Shown: one piece after another, positions 61,663 to 64,000 of the stretch
How positions within the stretch are numbered: position 1 is the first letter of the stretch
Layout: every line of letters begins with the position of its first letter
From: Spirochaetia bacterium
GTDB lineage: Bacteria; Spirochaetota; Spirochaetia; SZUA-6; Bin103
Direction of reading: 5' to 3'
NCBI GenBank assembly: GCA_965203905.1
Contig: CBDBDQ010000005.1
Coordinates: forward strand, 288,001 to 352,000
Length of the DNA: 64,000 nucleotides
The notes under the pieces: model-generated
Database searches by the model: none
The model's input: only the letters and a program-made list of their open reading frames with translations
Told to the model about the DNA's origin: nothing
Position numbers and translations under genes: made by a program

Positions 61663-62697
61663 CTACTGCGTCGCTCTCATCTCTCCGTAACCTGAAAGTC
61701 TCAGCTCTTCGGCAAAATGGCAAGAAACGAAATGTTCCGGCCTACCGCCAACGGGGGCGAGCTCCGGCTCGTCTTGTTGGCATCTGTCTTGAGCATAAGG
61801 GCATCTAGGATGGAAGTTACAACCTGCCGGCGGATCGGCCGGATTCGGTACATCGCCACCCAACGGTAAGCGCTTCCTACCTGAGCGCGGATCTCCTACC
61901 GGAACCGATTTAAGTAATGCCTCGGTATAGGGATGCTGCGGTGTCTGGTACAGATCCTTGAACTCTGCTATCTCTACTATTTTGCCAAGATACATAACCA
62001 TGACCCGATCACTTATATGTTCTACCACGCTTAGATCATGGGCGATAAAGAGATAGGTCAAGTCGAACTCGTCCTGCAAGTCCTCCAGTAGATTCAAGAC
62101 TTGCGCTTGGACCGACACGTCCAATGCCGAAACCGGCTCGTCACATATGATCAGTTTGGGATTCACGGCCAACGCCCTCGCTACCCCTATCCTCTGTCTC
62201 TGCCCTCCGCTGAATTCATGGGGATAACGATACATCCCACGTCGGTCCAGACCGACAAGCTCAAGCAACTCTTCCACGCGGTCCGTTTGTTCCGTCCGAT
62301 TACCGATTTTGTTTACTCTTAGGGGCTCCGCCATGATGTCGCGAACCGACATCCTTGGATCCAGAGAGGAAAAAGGGTCCTGAAATATGATTTGGATATT
62401 ACGCCGTACACTTTTCAGCTCCTCATTGTCCGCCGCAGTAACATCCAATAATCGCTCATCGTGCAGAAACCTGATTCTCCCGTCAGTGGGCTCTATCAAC
62501 CTATTGATACAGCGGCCGGTAGTCGATTTTCCGCAGCCACTCTCACCGACAAGGCCCAATGTTTCGCCCTCCCTTATGGAGAATCCGACGCCGTCGACCG
62601 CTTTGACGTGACGTGAGATCCTCTGGAAAATACCCTTACGTATGGGGAAATATTTCCGCAGATTTTCCACCTCTAGCAGCGGACTATCCCGAGTCAC
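61663..62697 (-). CDS. oppF: Oligopeptide/dipeptide ABC ATPase (OppF/DppF)
   Basis: [29 protein letters not shown]-terminal Cys cluster. Confidence 0.92.
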   Translation of the reverse strand: MTRDSPLLEVENLRKYFPIRKGIFQRISRHVKAVDGVGFSIREGETLGLVGESGCGKSTTGRCINRLIEPTDGRIRFLHDERLLDVTAADNEELKSVRRNIQIIFQDPFSSLDPRMSVRDIMAEPLRVNKIGNRTEQTDRVEELLELVGLDRRGMYRYPHEFSGGQRQRIGVARALAVNPKLIICDEPVSALDVSVQAQVLNLLEDLQDEFDLTYLFIAHDLSVVEHISDRVMVMYLGKIVEIAEFKDLYQTPQHPYTEALLKSVPVGDPRSGRKRLPLGGDVPNPADPPAGCNFHPRCPYAQDRCQQDEPELAPVGGRPEHFVSCHFAEELRLSGYGEMRATQ

Positions 62698-62705
62698 ATG
62701 ACTTC

Positions 62706-63707
62706 CTATTCATTTTCATATAACCAGCACTTCACTTCATGGTCGTTTTCAATTCCGAAGATCGGCGGCTGCTCGGTTCGGCATATTTCCATCGCCAGTG
62801 GACAACGCGGCTCAAAGTAACATCCTTTCGCTAAATCGGTCGGTCCGGGCACCGTCCCAGTGATAGGAATCAGCCGCCTGTTCATACCGATTTGGGGAAT
62901 AGATTCCAAAAGTCCTTGGGTATACGGATGTTTGGGGTTATAGAAAATATCATCAACGAGCGCTCTCTCTACGATCTTGCCGGCATAGATCACGATCACT
63001 CTGTCTGCCATATCACCGATCACCTTGAGGTCATGAGTGATAAACATGACCGCTGCCTGGAAGTCGCTTTTCAGCTCATAGATCAAGTCCAATATCTGGG
63101 CCTCAATTGTGACATCGAGCGCGGTCGTCGGTTCATCGGCAATGAGCAAGGTGGGGTTACAGGAGAGCGCCATAGCTATCATTACCCGTTGCCTCATCCC
63201 ACCGCTCAACTCGTGCGGATATTGCGAGAGGCACTGCACCGCGGCGGATATACGTACCTTCTCCAACATTTCCAGGGCTCGTTCACGGGCCCTTTTCTTA
63301 TCAGCCGATTGGTGCGTTCTGACCGCCTCCATGATCTGTTCGCCGACCGGGTATACCGGATTGAGAGAGACCATTGGCTCTTGAAAGATCATCGCGATCT
63401 CGTTTCCTCTAATCGCTCTCATCCTCTTACCGTGGGGATCGAGTGAGGTGATTTCTATCGGATCTCCGTCATGACCGTAGTAGGTGATAGTGCCGTACTC
63501 AATCCTCCCCCGCGGTTTCGCTATCAACTGCATGATCGACAAAGCAGTTACGCTTTTACCACACCCACTTTCGCCGACAACTCCGAGTGTCTCGCCCCTG
63601 TTTATCGAGAAACTTACGTCATCTACAGCCTTTACGATTCCTTCTTCGAGATAGAAGTAAGTACTAAGATTCTCGACCTCCAATAGTCTCTTCTCTTCGG
63701 TCAGCAT
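62706..63707 (-). CDS. oppD: Oligopeptide/dipeptide ABC ATPase (OppD/DppD)
   Basis: [28 protein letters not shown]. Confidence 0.92.
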   Translation of the reverse strand: MLTEEKRLLEVENLSTYFYLEEGIVKAVDDVSFSINRGETLGVVGESGCGKSVTALSIMQLIAKPRGRIEYGTITYYGHDGDPIEITSLDPHGKRMRAIRGNEIAMIFQEPMVSLNPVYPVGEQIMEAVRTHQSADKKRARERALEMLEKVRISAAVQCLSQYPHELSGGMRQRVMIAMALSCNPTLLIADEPTTALDVTIEAQILDLIYELKSDFQAAVMFITHDLKVIGDMADRVIVIYAGKIVERALVDDIFYNPKHPYTQGLLESIPQIGMNRRLIPITGTVPGPTDLAKGCYFEPRCPLAMEICRTEQPPIFGIENDHEVKCWLYENE

Positions 63708-63896
63708 TAGCCGTCCTACATTCGCAAATGCCGCGAACTGCGGCCAAACCACATCCAAACGTAACACGTTCCAGGGCACCCTGAGTGACTCATCACGTCG
63801 CCCCTGCCGTTGGCGCCAGCGCCGAATATCCCACTCGACCTTATGAACTGACCGTGCTTGCCGCGACCGGTCCACCGGCGACCAGGTCGGCCAGCT

Positions 63897-64000
63897 CTAG
63901 CGATACGGATCCGCTGCATCGCGCAAGCCGTCTCCGACGAAATTAAACGCAAGAACGACAACCACAACAAAGGCTCCCGGAATCAACATCCAGGGGTACA
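63897..64000 (-). CDS. oppC: ABC permease OppC/DppC, C-terminal end (not in the ORF track)
   Basis: YPWMLIPG...[18 protein letters not shown]. Confidence 0.88.
   Translation of the reverse strand, partial: YPWMLIPGAFVVVVVLAFNFVGDGLRDAADPYR

Overview
GC-rich bacterial chromosomal window interrupted by several visibly AT-richer acquired patches. No rRNA, tRNA or CRISPR array was seen. (1) About 1.3-15 kb is a mosaic, partly decaying defence island: a low-GC two-gene cassette whose second gene has a HEPN-type RxxxxH motif, a protein combining a QxK nuclease-like motif with Gly/Ala-rich helices, a 5'-truncated ImmA/IrrE peptidase, an intact Gabija-like OLD nuclease plus UvrD pair with its own sigma70 promoter, relics of a type IIG R-M gene and of a duplicated PhyH segment, McrB plus a frameshifted McrC, an AAA ATPase and a PIN-gene relic. 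(2) About 15-41 kb is mostly metabolic: a TRAP transporter, an NCS2 permease with an HATPase-like tail, a ubiquitin-like/E1/rhodanese fusion with JAB peptidase and cysteine synthase, a YbdK ligase, XPB helicase and partner, 2-oxoacid dehydrogenase E2-E3-E1, a PTS-IIA/PII-like fusion with a CPA2 antiporter, ADP-ribosylglycohydrolase, threonine synthase and a P450. (3) About 41-53 kb holds vapBC, a BsuBI/PstI-type R-M pair with a broken endonuclease, cdd, lipA, dus, GH172, an SDR, an RNA ligase, a UDG-family glycosylase and PhyH genes. (4) About 53-64 kb is an AT-richer Opp-type ABC plus GH116 island hit by ISAzo13 (IRs and TTA duplication resolved, inserted in codon 5 of GH116) and by an IS110 element whose left non-coding end carries sequence matches to its own flank and right end, as expected of a bridge RNA. 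Many native genes appear leaderless (TANNNT 6-9 nt before the start codon). The best candidates for undescribed biology are the HEPN cassette, the QxK/glycine-zipper protein, the IS110 bridge-RNA guides and an HxG-type PhyH. All family calls come from motif recognition by eye, not database searches.
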